Part shown: piece by piece, positions 1 to 11,100 of the stretch
How positions within the stretch are numbered: the first letter of the stretch is position 1
How the letters are laid out: each line of letters begins with the position of its first letter
NCBI GenBank assembly: GCA_023920165.1
Contig: CP089274.1
Location: forward strand, 434,001-498,000
Reading direction: 5' to 3'
Source of the DNA: Curvularia clavata
Taxonomy: Eukaryota
Length of the DNA: 64,000 bases
Notes under the pieces: generated by a model
Database searches by the model: none
What the model saw: the letters and a program-made list of their open reading frames with translations, nothing else
Told to the model about the DNA's origin: nothing
Translations under genes and position numbers: made by a program

Positions 1-569
1 GCCCTGCTAGGCCCAATCTGCTTATCTCCGGCACGGGTATCTCCACGCAGACAACGGCCATGAATCGAAGCGAACGCATGGGCACTGGGTGCGATTCGCG
101 AGCATGCGAACAGGACGCGCCGTGGTGGTGTCGGGGACGTGTTTTGGAGCAAAGTCCGGTGGCGCGTTATTGGGCAGTACTAACTATCGATTGACCATGG
201 ATGAAACGCGCATGGGTCGTCGCCACCACTGTCAAGACGAGAACAGGATGACCTTTCTCTGCTCTCAAAGTCGTTACAATGTCCATGTACTGGTACGTTG
301 GCTGTGATAACGGCGGGGTATGGGGCAAATGTATTTCCCAACCGATGATACCCGTCACAACATGCATTTGCCTTGTCCCCGCCATCCTACCTCCACCAAC
401 ATCAGACAACAGGACCAGCCAGCACCGACATCCGGCGGAGACCGGATAAACACAATTGAATCCTGCTCACCGAAAGAGAAGGTTGACAAGGCTCCGTGTC
501 ACGTACATATACATGAACTTGACCATACTACGACGAGGCTAAAATAGGGACCCTTACCTATAGCATACC

Positions 570-1649
570 ATGACATTTACCGTCCTTTCCGACGCGGACA
601 TCAAGTCTCTTCTGTCCAACCTGAGCTCGGCCGACGTGGAAAAGCTCACTTCAAGTCTTAACCAGGCGCTCATCCAATACTCATGTAACAATGAATCTCC
701 TTATCAGCCACACCGGGCTAATGTCACTCGTTCGGATGGCCAGGTCAGCCTATTCATGCCTGCTACAACACCCTCTTCGATCGGAGTCAAGATTGTCGGC
801 GTCGCGCCATCGCAAACTCCGCCTCCTGGTCAGGTGCTCCAGCCTGCGTTAAAGAGTGTCCTCACAATTTGTGATGAATTAGGGCAAGCTGTCGGTGTCT
901 TGAATGCAGCCGAGCTGACAGCTTTCCGGACAGCATTGGGAAGCATGCTGTTGTATCGGTACAGAAATTCGACTGAAAACATAATCGTATTTGGGGCAGG
1001 CAAGCAGGCCGAGTGGCATATTCGGCTTGCTGTTCTGCTCAAGGCCAACGACATCAGGACCATTACCATTGTGAACCGGTCACAGGCGAGAGCGAAACAG
1101 TTGGCCGATTCACTCATCAAATCGGGGATCAGCTCCCAAATCCAACTTAAAGTGTTTGACAACAAGGAGAATGCGCTTGAGGGATTGGTTAAGGAGGCGG
1201 ATGTCATGTTTTGTACAACCCCGAGTACTGAGCCTCTATTTCCTGCTTCGTATCTCGCCTCAGAAGCAGGCAAACCCCGCTTCATCTCTGCCATTGGCTC
1301 CTATCGCCTCGACATGCAGGAAATTGATCCTGTCCTCCTCAGTCAAATCACTGACCCTTCGGGGCCATTTGCGTCTCAAGTCCACAATGGTTGCATTGCT
1401 GTTGATAGCATCAAAGGCTGCATGGATGAGGCTGGAGAGTTAGTCAAAGCGGGAATTGCCACAGAGAAGATGCTGGAGGTAGGAAAGATGGATGATCTAC
1501 GGAAATCTGATGACGTGAAAAAGTGGCTGGAAGAGGGCTTGGTGGTTTACAAGAGTGTGGGTGTAGGAATTATGGATATCGCAATTGGAAAGGCTTTGCT
1601 AGATTTATCGGCGGAGAAAGGGGTAGGAGTGCATTTGGATAGTTTTTGA
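570..1649 (+). CDS. Ornithine cyclodeaminase/mu-crystallin family protein (PrnX-like, NAD(P)-binding)
   Basis: Intronless 359-aa ORF with LFMPA, GVKIV, LTAFRTA, Rossmann VFGAGKQA, ISAIGSY and C-terminal YKSVGVGIMDIA motifs typical of the OCD/mu-crystallin family. Confidence 0.85.
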   Translation: MTFTVLSDADIKSLLSNLSSADVEKLTSSLNQALIQYSCNNESPYQPHRANVTRSDGQVSLFMPATTPSSIGVKIVGVAPSQTPPPGQVLQPALKSVLTICDELGQAVGVLNAAELTAFRTALGSMLLYRYRNSTENIIVFGAGKQAEWHIRLAVLLKANDIRTITIVNRSQARAKQLADSLIKSGISSQIQLKVFDNKENALEGLVKEADVMFCTTPSTEPLFPASYLASEAGKPRFISAIGSYRLDMQEIDPVLLSQITDPSGPFASQVHNGCIAVDSIKGCMDEAGELVKAGIATEKMLEVGKMDDLRKSDDVKKWLEEGLVVYKSVGVGIMDIAIGKALLDLSAEKGVGVHLDSF

Positions 1650-1887
1650 GATGCAAATCTCCAAGAGAATCAAAAGATGGAGAAAAAAATGGGGTGAGAA
1701 TCCATGGTAGTGTCGGTTTAATGCGGCTACAGGCACACGAGCCAGCCCAATCGCGACCCCTCAATTTTGCCCCGCCGAAATTTTTGGAAGTCTTTCACCC
1801 CGCCATGTGACGACGCGCCCGCAATCGCTCTTGTCTTCGGACACCCCGCGAAATCGTTTCTACACTTTCAATCAGGCGTCACACACC

Positions 1888-4800
1888 ATGGCGTCCACCG
1901 AGGATCCCTACCTCATCCTTCCGGGCTCGGTTGCCCATTCTGACTTTCGCCTCCAGCGCCTGGCGCAAGAAATCGGCGCGAAGGAAGTCCGCTCGCTGTG
2001 GCTGCATTTTGTCAACCCGCTGAAAAAATTGAGTGAGGATGAATTGAAAACACTACAGCAGATTCTGCACTATGGAGAGTACCCGAACTCGAACGACCGC
2101 CTGGCTCAGATCCTCCTCGACGCTGTCCACCGTGGCGGCGAGCCTCGTGATGGCGAGACGGTCCTCTTCTACATCTGCCCACGCGCCGGTACCATCTCGC
2201 CATGGAGTTCTCTTGCGTCAATGATTGCACGAACATGCACCCTCGACCAGGCCGTCAAGCGCATCGAGCGCGGTATGGTCATTGCAGCCACCTTTGATCG
2301 CACCCTCGAGGCCAGCGAGATCCCCAACCGCGACCAACTTTACGATCGCATGACTCAGACCATAAGCCGCACTGCTCCTAACCTCAATGCTATCTTCGGA
2401 GAGAGCGAGCCTGCTCAGGCGACAACCATCAGCTTCGACGAGTACCACAGCGCCCATGCTGCATTGGAACACGCCAACAGGGAGCTGGGTCTAGCCATGG
2501 ACAAGTCTGAGATTGACTACCTTGTTGAAGCGTACACACAGGAGTTGAAGCGGGGACCAGTAGACGTGGAGCTTTTCATGTTTGCCCAGGTCAACTCTGA
2601 GCACTGCAGACACAAGCAGTTCAACGCCGACTTCACCGTTGACGGTATGCGCAAGTCCATGTCGCTGTTCGGCATGATCCGCAACACACACCAAAAGAAC
2701 CCTCAGCACGTTGTTAGTGCGTACAGCGACAATGCGGCAGTTCTCCAGGGTGAAGAGGCCAGCTTCTGGGCACCTAACGACCTCACTGGTGAGTGGGCTG
2801 GCACCAAGGAGACTGTGCACATTCTCTGCAAGGTCGAGACTCATAACCACCCGACTGCGGTATCGCCCTTCCCTGGAGCTGCCACCGGATCAGGAGGTGA
2901 AATCCGAGACGAAGGTGCGGTTGGACGTGGTTCCAAGCCAAAGGCAGGTCTAGCAGGCTTCACTGTCTCGGACCTCAACCTCGAGGGCTTCGAAAGGCCA
3001 TGGGAGCTCAAGGATGTGGGCAAGCCTGCTCACATTGCCAGCAGCCGCGACATCATGCTTGAGGCGCCCATCGGTAGTGCGCAGTTCAACAATGAATTTG
3101 GCCGTCCATGCACTACGGGCTACTTCCGCACTATGCTCATGCGTGTCTTCACAAACGAGAAAGAGTCGGAAATTCGAGGATACCACAAGCCCATTATGCT
3201 AGCAGGTGGTGTAGGCACAGTCCGACCACAGCATGCACTTAAGGACCCTGACGTTGTCCCGGCTGGCTCGCATCTCCTCGTCATTGGTGGCCCTGCTATG
3301 CTCATTGGTCTTGGTGGTGGTGCGGCTTCCAGTATCCAGTCTGGAGAAGGCAAGGTCGATCTTGACTTTGCTAGTGTACAGAGAGGCAACCCAGAAGTGC
3401 AGAGGCGCGCACAGGAAGTCATTGATGCCTGTCGCTCCATGGGCGACAAGAACCCCATTCTCTTCATCCATGACGTAGGCGCAGGTGGTCTCTCCAACGC
3501 GCTCCCTGAACTGGTACACGACTCTGGTCTTGGTGCCATTTTCGAGCTACGCGAAGTAGACAGTGCTGACAAGAGCATGAGCCCGCTGCAGATCTGGTGC
3601 TGCGAGGCCCAAGAACGATATGTGCTGGCAGTTGCTCCTGATCAGCTAGATCTCTTCAAGCGCATCTGCAACCGAGAACGTTGTGGCTACTCGGTCGTTG
3701 GTACGGCTACCAAGGAGCAACGCCTTGTCTTGAAGGACAGGGATTCCAAGGAGAACCCAACACCCATCGATCTTCCCATGACCACTCTGTTCGGAAAGCC
3801 ACCCAAGATGTCGCGCATCGTCGAGAGCCGCAAGTTGAGGTTGCCAGCCTTTGACAGCAGCTTGTCAATGTACATTCCCGACACGCCCAAGGAGGGCTTG
3901 ATCAGCGAAGCTGTTGATCGCGTGCTCACTCTGCCAGCTGTGGGCTCCAAATCATTCCTTATCACCATTGGAGACCGAACAGTCGGCGGCCTTACGGTCC
4001 GAGACCAGATGGTTGGCAAGTGGCAGGTACCTGTAGCCGATGTTTCGGTAACAGCTACGTCACTGTTGGCCGGAGTGAAGACGGGTGAGGCCATGACAAT
4101 GGGTGAGAAGCCCACTCTGGCGCTCATCTCTCCAGCAGCGTCCGCCAGGATGGCCGTGGCAGAATCGCTCATGAACATTGCCGCAGCTAGTCTTTTCGAT
4201 AGGCTGTCCAGGGTCAGACTCTCAGCCAACTGGATGTCTGCTAGCAGTCACCCTGGAGAGGGTGCAGCTTTGTATGAGGCAGTCGAAGCCATTGGCATGG
4301 ATCTCTGCCCCAAGCTTGGCATATCTATTCCAGTCGGAAAGGACTCCATGAGCATGAAGATGAAGTGGTCAGAGAACGGCGAGGCAAAGGAAGTCACAGC
4401 ACCTATGTCTCTGGTCATTACAGCTTTCGCGCCTGTTGACCGTATTGACCGCACATGGACACCCGCCCTGCAACGTGTCGAGGACGTTGGTGAGAGCATC
4501 ATCATGTTCGTTGATTTGGCAGCCGGCAAGAAGCATCTCGGTGGTTCTGCTTTGGCTCAAACTTTCGGGCAAATTGGCGATGAGGCTCCTGACGTCTATG
4601 ACGCCGATGTTATCAAGGACTACTTTGATGCTATCGATCAACTCCACGAGTCTGGTATCGTCCTTGCCTACCACGACAGGTCCGATGGTGGTCTCTTCAC
4701 CACGCTTGTTGAGATGGCGTTTGCCGGACGAAGTGGACTTGAGATCATGCTGGATGGTGTTGCGGCATCAAGCGATTCCAAGGATGTTTTGGAAGCTCTT

Positions 4801-5988
4801 TTCAACGAAGAGCTCGGTGCCGTTTTCCAGGTCAGGAAGCAAGATGAGGTTGCTTTCAACCGCTGCTTCGCCACCTGCGGACCTCCTCCAGGCATGATCA
4901 AGAAGATCGGTCGTGTACCCAAAGCCTCAAAGCAGGACATCTCTTTCTACGTCGGCACACAAAATGTCTACCGCAACAGCAGACAAAAACTTCAGCAGCG
5001 TTGGGCAGAGACCTCGTACCGCATGCAGAAGCTCCGCGACAACCCTGTCTGTGCCGACGCCGAGTTCAACAGCATTCTCGATGACAAGGACCCAGGTCTC
5101 TCATACAACCTGACCTTCAAGCCTGCTGAGAACATCATGCCTTTGATGTCCAACCTCAAGTCACCTTTCACCGCTAAACCTCGTGTGGCTATTTTGAGGG
5201 AAGAAGGTGTCAATGGCCAAGCTGAGATGGCTTTCGCTTTCCACCAGGCTGGCTTCTCCGCTATTGACGTACACATGACTGATATTATTTCGGGTCGCGT
5301 GTCGCTTGCAGGTTTTGTCGGTCTTGCAGCATGCGGTGGTTTCTCGTACGGCGACGTACTCGGTGCCGGACAAGGATGGGCGAAATCGGTGCTCCTACAC
5401 CCCAACACCCGCAAGGAATTCCAGGAGTTCTTCACGCGCCCCGACACTTTTGCTCTAGGTGTCTGCAACGGCTGCCAGTTCATGAGCAAGCTCAAGGAAC
5501 TGATTCCAGGTGCAGAGCTATGGCCAAGCTTCGAGCGTAACGCTTCTGAGCAATACGAAGCACGTGTCTGCATGGTCGAAGTGCTCGACCCCAAGGGCCC
5601 CAACACCCCACCATCCGTCTTCCTTCACGGCATGGCTGGCTCCAAGCTTCCCATTGTCACAGCTCACGGCGAGGGCCGCGCTCACTTCTCTTCCTCGGCA
5701 TCTTCGTCATCTACTCCCCAAACACTGTACAATGAGAACCTTGTATCTCTCCGCTACGTCGACAACTACGGCAAGCCGACGGAAGCATACCCATACAACC
5801 CCAACGGCTCGCCAATGGGTATCACCGGTGTGAGGAGTGCTGATGGACGTGTGCTCGCGCTCATGCCGCATCCCGAGCGAACCATCTTGAAGGAGGTGGC
5901 GAGTTACCTGCCCAGGGATACAGAGGGCTGGGGCGAACTTGGACCTTGGTCTCGCATGTTCAAGAGTGCTAGGCGATGGGTCGGTTAA
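1888..5988 (+). CDS. ADE6: Phosphoribosylformylglycinamidine synthase (large PurL type, FGAR amidotransferase)
   Basis: Intronless, from ATG 1888 (cacaccATGG). Motifs QVNSEHCRHK, KVETHNHPT, GAATGSGGEIRDE, IHDVGAGG; glutaminase GVCNGCQ and MPHPER. Confidence 0.97.
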   Translation: MASTEDPYLILPGSVAHSDFRLQRLAQEIGAKEVRSLWLHFVNPLKKLSEDELKTLQQILHYGEYPNSNDRLAQILLDAVHRGGEPRDGETVLFYICPRAGTISPWSSLASMIARTCTLDQAVKRIERGMVIAATFDRTLEASEIPNRDQLYDRMTQTISRTAPNLNAIFGESEPAQATTISFDEYHSAHAALEHANRELGLAMDKSEIDYLVEAYTQELKRGPVDVELFMFAQVNSEHCRHKQFNADFTVDGMRKSMSLFGMIRNTHQKNPQHVVSAYSDNAAVLQGEEASFWAPNDLTGEWAGTKETVHILCKVETHNHPTAVSPFPGAATGSGGEIRDEGAVGRGSKPKAGLAGFTVSDLNLEGFERPWELKDVGKPAHIASSRDIMLEAPIGSAQFNNEFGRPCTTGYFRTMLMRVFTNEKESEIRGYHKPIMLAGGVGTVRPQHALKDPDVVPAGSHLLVIGGPAMLIGLGGGAASSIQSGEGKVDLDFASVQRGNPEVQRRAQEVIDACRSMGDKNPILFIHDVGAGGLSNALPELVHDSGLGAIFELREVDSADKSMSPLQIWCCEAQERYVLAVAPDQLDLFKRICNRERCGYSVVGTATKEQRLVLKDRDSKENPTPIDLPMTTLFGKPPKMSRIVESRKLRLPAFDSSLSMYIPDTPKEGLISEAVDRVLTLPAVGSKSFLITIGDRTVGGLTVRDQMVGKWQVPVADVSVTATSLLAGVKTGEAMTMGEKPTLALISPAASARMAVAESLMNIAAASLFDRLSRVRLSANWMSASSHPGEGAALYEAVEAIGMDLCPKLGISIPVGKDSMSMKMKWSENGEAKEVTAPMSLVITAFAPVDRIDRTWTPALQRVEDVGESIIMFVDLAAGKKHLGGSALAQTFGQIGDEAPDVYDADVIKDYFDAIDQLHESGIVLAYHDRSDGGLFTTLVEMAFAGRSGLEIMLDGVAASSDSKDVLEALFNEELGAVFQVRKQDEVAFNRCFATCGPPPGMIKKIGRVPKASKQDISFYVGTQNVYRNSRQKLQQRWAETSYRMQKLRDNPVCADAEFNSILDDKDPGLSYNLTFKPAENIMPLMSNLKSPFTAKPRVAILREEGVNGQAEMAFAFHQAGFSAIDVHMTDIISGRVSLAGFVGLAACGGFSYGDVLGAGQGWAKSVLLHPNTRKEFQEFFTRPDTFALGVCNGCQFMSKLKELIPGAELWPSFERNASEQYEARVCMVEVLDPKGPNTPPSVFLHGMAGSKLPIVTAHGEGRAHFSSSASSSSTPQTLYNENLVSLRYVDNYGKPTEAYPYNPNGSPMGITGVRSADGRVLALMPHPERTILKEVASYLPRDTEGWGELGPWSRMFKSARRWVG

Positions 5989-6457
5989 GGTCTGACTGGA
6001 GTGTCAATTGCATGGGTCAAGGTTGGCGTTATGGAATGGTTATAGAGTTGCATTTATCTTTTTGTTCATGGTATATGAAAATAACAAGTGGTCACTACTT
6101 GCAAGTCTGCATGAGCACACGTTATTGTTGTTTGTATATTCTGTCCTTCAATCCTAGGAAGTTATAGGAAAAGAATGAAAATTCTGTATTGTTGCAAGAC
6201 AGCTGGTTCCGTCTTCGTATTGAATTATTCAAAACATAGTCGTTGGTGAAGTCTGGTTGGATAGTTGACCTCGTTTCCAAGCTGTATCAATGAAGGTAAA
6301 ATTCGAGAAGGACACAAGTTTGTTACAAAAGTCATTTTAAAGAAAATATTGATATTTGAGATAAAGGAAAATCGGATTAGTATGCGTTAAGCAAAATATA
6401 TACTTGTGAACCCGTCATATCCAGCTAAACATTCCACGTTGATGAGCAATCCACTTC

Positions 6458-8170
6458 TTAGTAGGAGTCGCCCTTGTAGTCACCAGAGTTACCACCAGCT
6501 CCAGCGCTGCCGTTGGCACCACCGCTGGCACCACCGGAAGCACCGCCAGAAACGCCGCCAGAGACACCACCGCTGGCACCACCGTGAGCACCACCGCCAA
6601 CACCGGCACCAGCGCCTCCCTGAGCACCACCACCAACGCCTCCAGAGACACCGCCGTGAGCACCACCGCCGACACCAGCACCAGCACCGCCGCCGACGCC
6701 GCCAGAGACACCGCCAGAGACGCCGCCGTGGGCACCGCCGCCAACACCGGCACCAGCGCCGCCCTGAGCACCACCACCGACACCACCAGAGACACCGCCA
6801 GAGACACCGCCAGAGACACCGCCGTGGGCACCACCGCCGACACCAGCACCAGCACCGACACCGGCACCACCGCCAACACCGCCAGAGACACCGCCAGAGA
6901 CACCGCCAGAGACACCGCCGTGGGCACCACCGCCGACACCAGCACCAGCACCGACACCGGCACCACCGCCAACACCGCCAGAGACACCGCCAGAGACACC
7001 GCCAGAGACACCGCCGTGGGCACCACCGCCGACACCAGCACCAGCACCGACACCGGCACCACCGCCAACACCGCCAGAGACACCGCCAGAGACACCGCCA
7101 GAGACACCGCCGTGGGCACCACCGCCGACACCAGCACCAGCACCGACACCGGCACCACCGCCAACACCGCCAGAGACACCGCCAGAGACACCGCCAGAGA
7201 CACCGCCGTGGGCACCACCGCCGACACCAGCACCAGCACCAACACCACCGTGGGCACCACCACCAACACCGGCACCAACACCAGCACCGACACCGCCCTG
7301 AGCTCCTCCGCCAACGCCTCCAGAGACGCCGCCAGAGACACCACCGTGGGCACCACCACCAACACCGGCACCAACACCAGCGCCAGCTCCGCCCTGAGCT
7401 CCGCCGCCAACGCCAACACCGGCTCCGCCGTGGGCGCCGCCGCCAAGGATGCCGCCGATAAGACCGCCAATGCCGCCCTGGGCTCCTCCGCCAACACCGG
7501 CACCGGCACCGGCACCAGCTCCGCCCTTAGCTCCGCCGTAGCCGTAGGTACCGACACCAGGAAGGCCGCCGATGATTCCGTTTACAAGGCCGCCGACGCC
7601 AGCACCGCCCTGAGCGTTGCCCTTGGCAGCTCCGTAGCCACCAAGACCGCCGAGAAGACCGCCGCTGGCACCACCGCTGGCACCACCGTGAGCACCAGCA
7701 CCGGCACCGCCGCCGAGGAGGCCACCAATATTAGGGATAGGGAGGCCAGCACCACCGCCAACACCGGCACCGGCACCGCCACCAAGGATGCCACCAAGGC
7801 CACCCTTACCACCACCACCGAGGAAAGGAAGGCCGATGCCGCCGTAGCCAGAGCCAGAACCAGAACCAGAGCCAGAGCCGTAGCCTCCAGCGCCAGCGCC
7901 AGCGCCGCCATGGGCACCTCCAGATGGGGGAGTAGAGCTTCCGGAGCTAGGGGTAGAGGAACCACCGTAGCTGGGGCCGGAGCCAGAGCCTGAGGGAGAG
8001 CCAGAGCTGGATCCTGAACCAGGTGTGTTGTCATAGGTAGGGCCGGTGCTGGCAGGAGCAGTCGATAGAGGAACTGAAGGCTGGACGCCGGTGCCGCCAT
8101 ACTTCTGAGGGTGAGGAAGGGCGGTGACAATGCTGGCAAGAGCCAAGATCTGAGCAGTGTGGTACTTCAT
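6458..8170 (-). CDS. Secreted glycine-rich repetitive (fibroin/elastin-like) protein, probably cell-wall or extracellular
   Basis: 570-aa ORF with signal peptide [19 protein letters not shown], an S/G/P-rich linker, then G/A/V/S/H repeats. It is the only frame with an ATG, a signal peptide and a unique N-terminus. Confidence 0.8.
   Translation of the reverse strand: MKYHTAQILALASIVTALPHPQKYGGTGVQPSVPLSTAPASTGPTYDNTPGSGSSSGSPSGSGSGPSYGGSSTPSSGSSTPPSGGAHGGAGAGAGGYGSGSGSGSGSGYGGIGLPFLGGGGKGGLGGILGGGAGAGVGGGAGLPIPNIGGLLGGGAGAGAHGGASGGASGGLLGGLGGYGAAKGNAQGGAGVGGLVNGIIGGLPGVGTYGYGGAKGGAGAGAGAGVGGGAQGGIGGLIGGILGGGAHGGAGVGVGGGAQGGAGAGVGAGVGGGAHGGVSGGVSGGVGGGAQGGVGAGVGAGVGGGAHGGVGAGAGVGGGAHGGVSGGVSGGVSGGVGGGAGVGAGAGVGGGAHGGVSGGVSGGVSGGVGGGAGVGAGAGVGGGAHGGVSGGVSGGVSGGVGGGAGVGAGAGVGGGAHGGVSGGVSGGVSGGVGGGAGVGAGAGVGGGAHGGVSGGVSGGVSGGVGGGAQGGAGAGVGGGAHGGVSGGVSGGVGGGAGAGVGGGAHGGVSGGVGGGAQGGAGAGVGGGAHGGASGGVSGGVSGGASGGASGGANGSAGAGGNSGDYKGDSY
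6720..7250. repeat. Coding tandem repeat, 96-bp unit (32 aa [32 protein letters not shown]), about 5-6 copies, with a nested 12-bp subunit (gacaccgccaga)
   Basis: The anchor ccgtgggcacc recurs with its T at 6729, 6825, 6921, 7017, 7113 and 7209, an exact 96-bp spacing. The central copies look identical. Confidence 0.92.
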
Positions 8171-11100
8171 GTTTGCTGATTTCGATTGATCGGGATTTTA
8201 AAGAAGAAGGATAGTAGACTGATTGTTGCTTGAGAATTTAGTAGAGCGAAAGTGAGTGCACTGCACAAACGAAAGACTGTAGGAGACTGATGGAAGGAGA
8301 AAGCGAAAGTATGGAATGTTGTGGATGATTCTTTTTTCGAGGTCCGGACAGCCCATCTTATACTCAGAGATGCTCGAGAATAGCGGTCTTGCTGTTGACC
8401 ATGGTCGTGGCGTTGGGCTGGCACTACCGCTATTCTGGTCATGTTTCGAAACATGGCTCCCACCCAAAATGGAGCTACTATTTTCAACGAAGAGTACTAA
8501 AAGAGCGTTAGTGCGCCAGGGGGTCTAGACTATGGCCGTTTCAAGCACACGAGAATACGCTTTCTGAATGGTGCACTGTCGCTTGCTGCGGGATCGACAT
8601 AGTGGCCTGCGGGTGATGGTCCAGATGTGGTGCAGGGGAATGGATGCGGGTTTCTTCCCGCCGAAAGTCGTCGATCCAAGTAGAGGCCTATGCTTTCGTA
8701 CGACCAAAATCCATGATCGATGTTAGTCATGCTCTATTTGTCACTTGATGAATCGTATTGTATGCAAACGATTGTGATCGGCTATGCTGACTATTGATCC
8801 AGCGGGTGTCTCCGGCCTCCCGCAAGGTAGGCCTGGAGTTGATGGGCATCAGGTATTGCATGTAAATGTCATCTCTTAGAGACTTCTGTCCGGTATGGAG
8901 TTCTCCGACAGCTTGTACCGATAGAGTTGGATTGACGCAACTTTGGTCGCCCCTTTTGGATTGCTATGGCTGCCATAGGCGTGGGTACAATTGCCGTCTG
9001 CGTATCGAGAGAAAGATATTTTTAACCGGATATGCTCAAACGTATCCACCGGAATCGCGCACAGAACTCGATATGGCGATGAGAAGAGTGCCGTAGAGGC
9101 AACCGTGCCTGAGGTGAGGTCGAACAGAGAGGAGAGCAAAGGGAGAAGCTCTGTGCATTGTGGAGACGGAGACGTCCGGGCGTCGGGGCTAACCGCTTAT
9201 GGTAATCTAGCGAAACTCAAAGTTCGCATCGTCGTTTCTTCCAACCTTTCTGGTCTTCATGCCCGCTCGTTAGCCTCCGTTTGTTTGTAACAAAAATGCC
9301 TGTTCAGTGATTGTCCGCTATCGTTTCAAAAGCGATGCCCCAGGCTACCGCTTAGTTGCGCTCCGTCGCATGGCTACCCATCGTCGTGCTCACTCCTTTA
9401 ACGCCATTGTCTATAGCCAAAACCCTAGGCAGGACAGTAGCGTCAATGCTAGCCATCTACCTCGAAACTCATGGTCTGTGAATCATGCTTCCACCTTCTC
9501 CTTGGGCCGGATCTACATCAACCGGGACGGAGACATCAGCAACGGCTAAATCAGTGGGAATAGCGAATAGCACCCTATCGTCGCCGGTTGTGACGTGCGC
9601 AAGCCCAACACCACGAAGTATAGCCACAACCGCATGGTGAAACTTCTTTGCATATGATTCACAGGTGCAAGCTTTGGAGCACGTGAGATGTGTGGACGAA
9701 TATAGAAATCCCAAGACCTTCTTCAGCAGATGGCCTGATCCTGCTCGGTCAGGGTACATGCTAGCATTTTGTGCCTGAGTCGCAATTTACAGTTGTCCCG
9801 GGGTCTCCTCAGTTTCATCAGCAGCGATGAATGCCATGGCAGAAATTACAACCATGAAAGATCGACTCTCCCAAAATCTGACCAATTCTCTCAATGCAAC
9901 TCTCCATATGCAACCTCGTAAGCTTACAGACTATCGTTTCGACGGTCAATAGCCTTCATCCATGTGGATGGTATGTCCGCTGACCGGCCAGCCTCGCCCA
10001 TGCCAAGAGGACCATACCATGTGTCAGCCTCTAGCGAACTCTCGTCTGCACCTGCCAGCGTAAAGTTCCGGTGCACGCGAAGGAACCCCAAAGTTCAGTG
10101 ACGGTGCCTGACTAGAACAAGCTCGGCGTGGCGCTAAAGGTGTGACACAATCCACACCTGCGTGAAAGTCCTCACCGCTGTGCATTCATCGACCAAGCTC
10201 AACATTGCTTGCAGCGCCTTTTTTTCAGGAGAAATAGGAGCTTGACATGTAGAAAGATGAGAAAGGTTGACTAAATGCGAAAAGTAGGTTGCGCTAGCCA
10301 TATCGTCTACCACTATTCGTCCGGTGATCGAAATATCACACGTTTCCAGCTGATCCTCCGAGTTTGTAATGCACACAGATCATTTGCAGAGCGCTAACCA
10401 GGTGCCCGGCACCCTGCGTCTCTACAAAGTTTCGTGACGCTAAGTATTCTTCAACTTGAACATCGATCCAGATGCTTCCTTTGACCCCCTTTCTCATCCT
10501 GACAGAAGTCTCTTTGCGCACGATGTGAATCATAGTTTTTTTTCACTCAACACGTCAGCACCGCTCATATCTCCGGAAGTTTGTCTTCGTTATACCATTT
10601 GTGACTATTTGATAGCTACGTATAGTTAGTGTATCAGAGCAACGCAAATCTATAAAAAGCTAAGATCTTCCAATTGCGATCGCCATGATCTATCTTCTCT
10701 GTTTCTGCTTCTTGACAATCATGACTTCACCACATAGCGATGCTGTGTTCACGAATTTGAAGCAATGCAAAAGGGTGTTAAGAGATTTGGGTTGTGTCCA
10801 ACGACCGTGATGTGTTTATGTTTTGTTTTCTGTACCGCACTGCACTAGCTTTCCACCGCACGCAACGATTGATGTGCGACATTGCTTTTCGTCAACGGCC
10901 AGGTCTTGTGTACGAAAAAGAAACGAGGAAAGCCCTCAAGGAGTGATAGTATAGTGTGTATGTAGTTCCGAAGGAAAAGGTTTCGTGAATACCTTTTGGA
11001 ACATGTACATGACTGTGGAATAAACATATAGCGCGTATCTTCCAGGATAGAATTGCTGGCAATTCCATCCAGGCGTATATATTTCTCAATGCGCAGATGA

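Noticed and set aside
6720..7250. Regular repeats superficially like a CRISPR array
   Set aside because: There are no unique spacers, the units are contiguous and in-frame coding, and the context is eukaryotic.
6406..7993. Long overlapping ORFs (His/Arg-rich 351 aa, Thr/Ala-rich 469 aa, Val/Leu-rich 380 aa) in other frames
   Set aside because: Stop-free shadows of the GC-rich Gly repeat. Only the 6458-8170 minus frame has a signal peptide and coherent unique ends.
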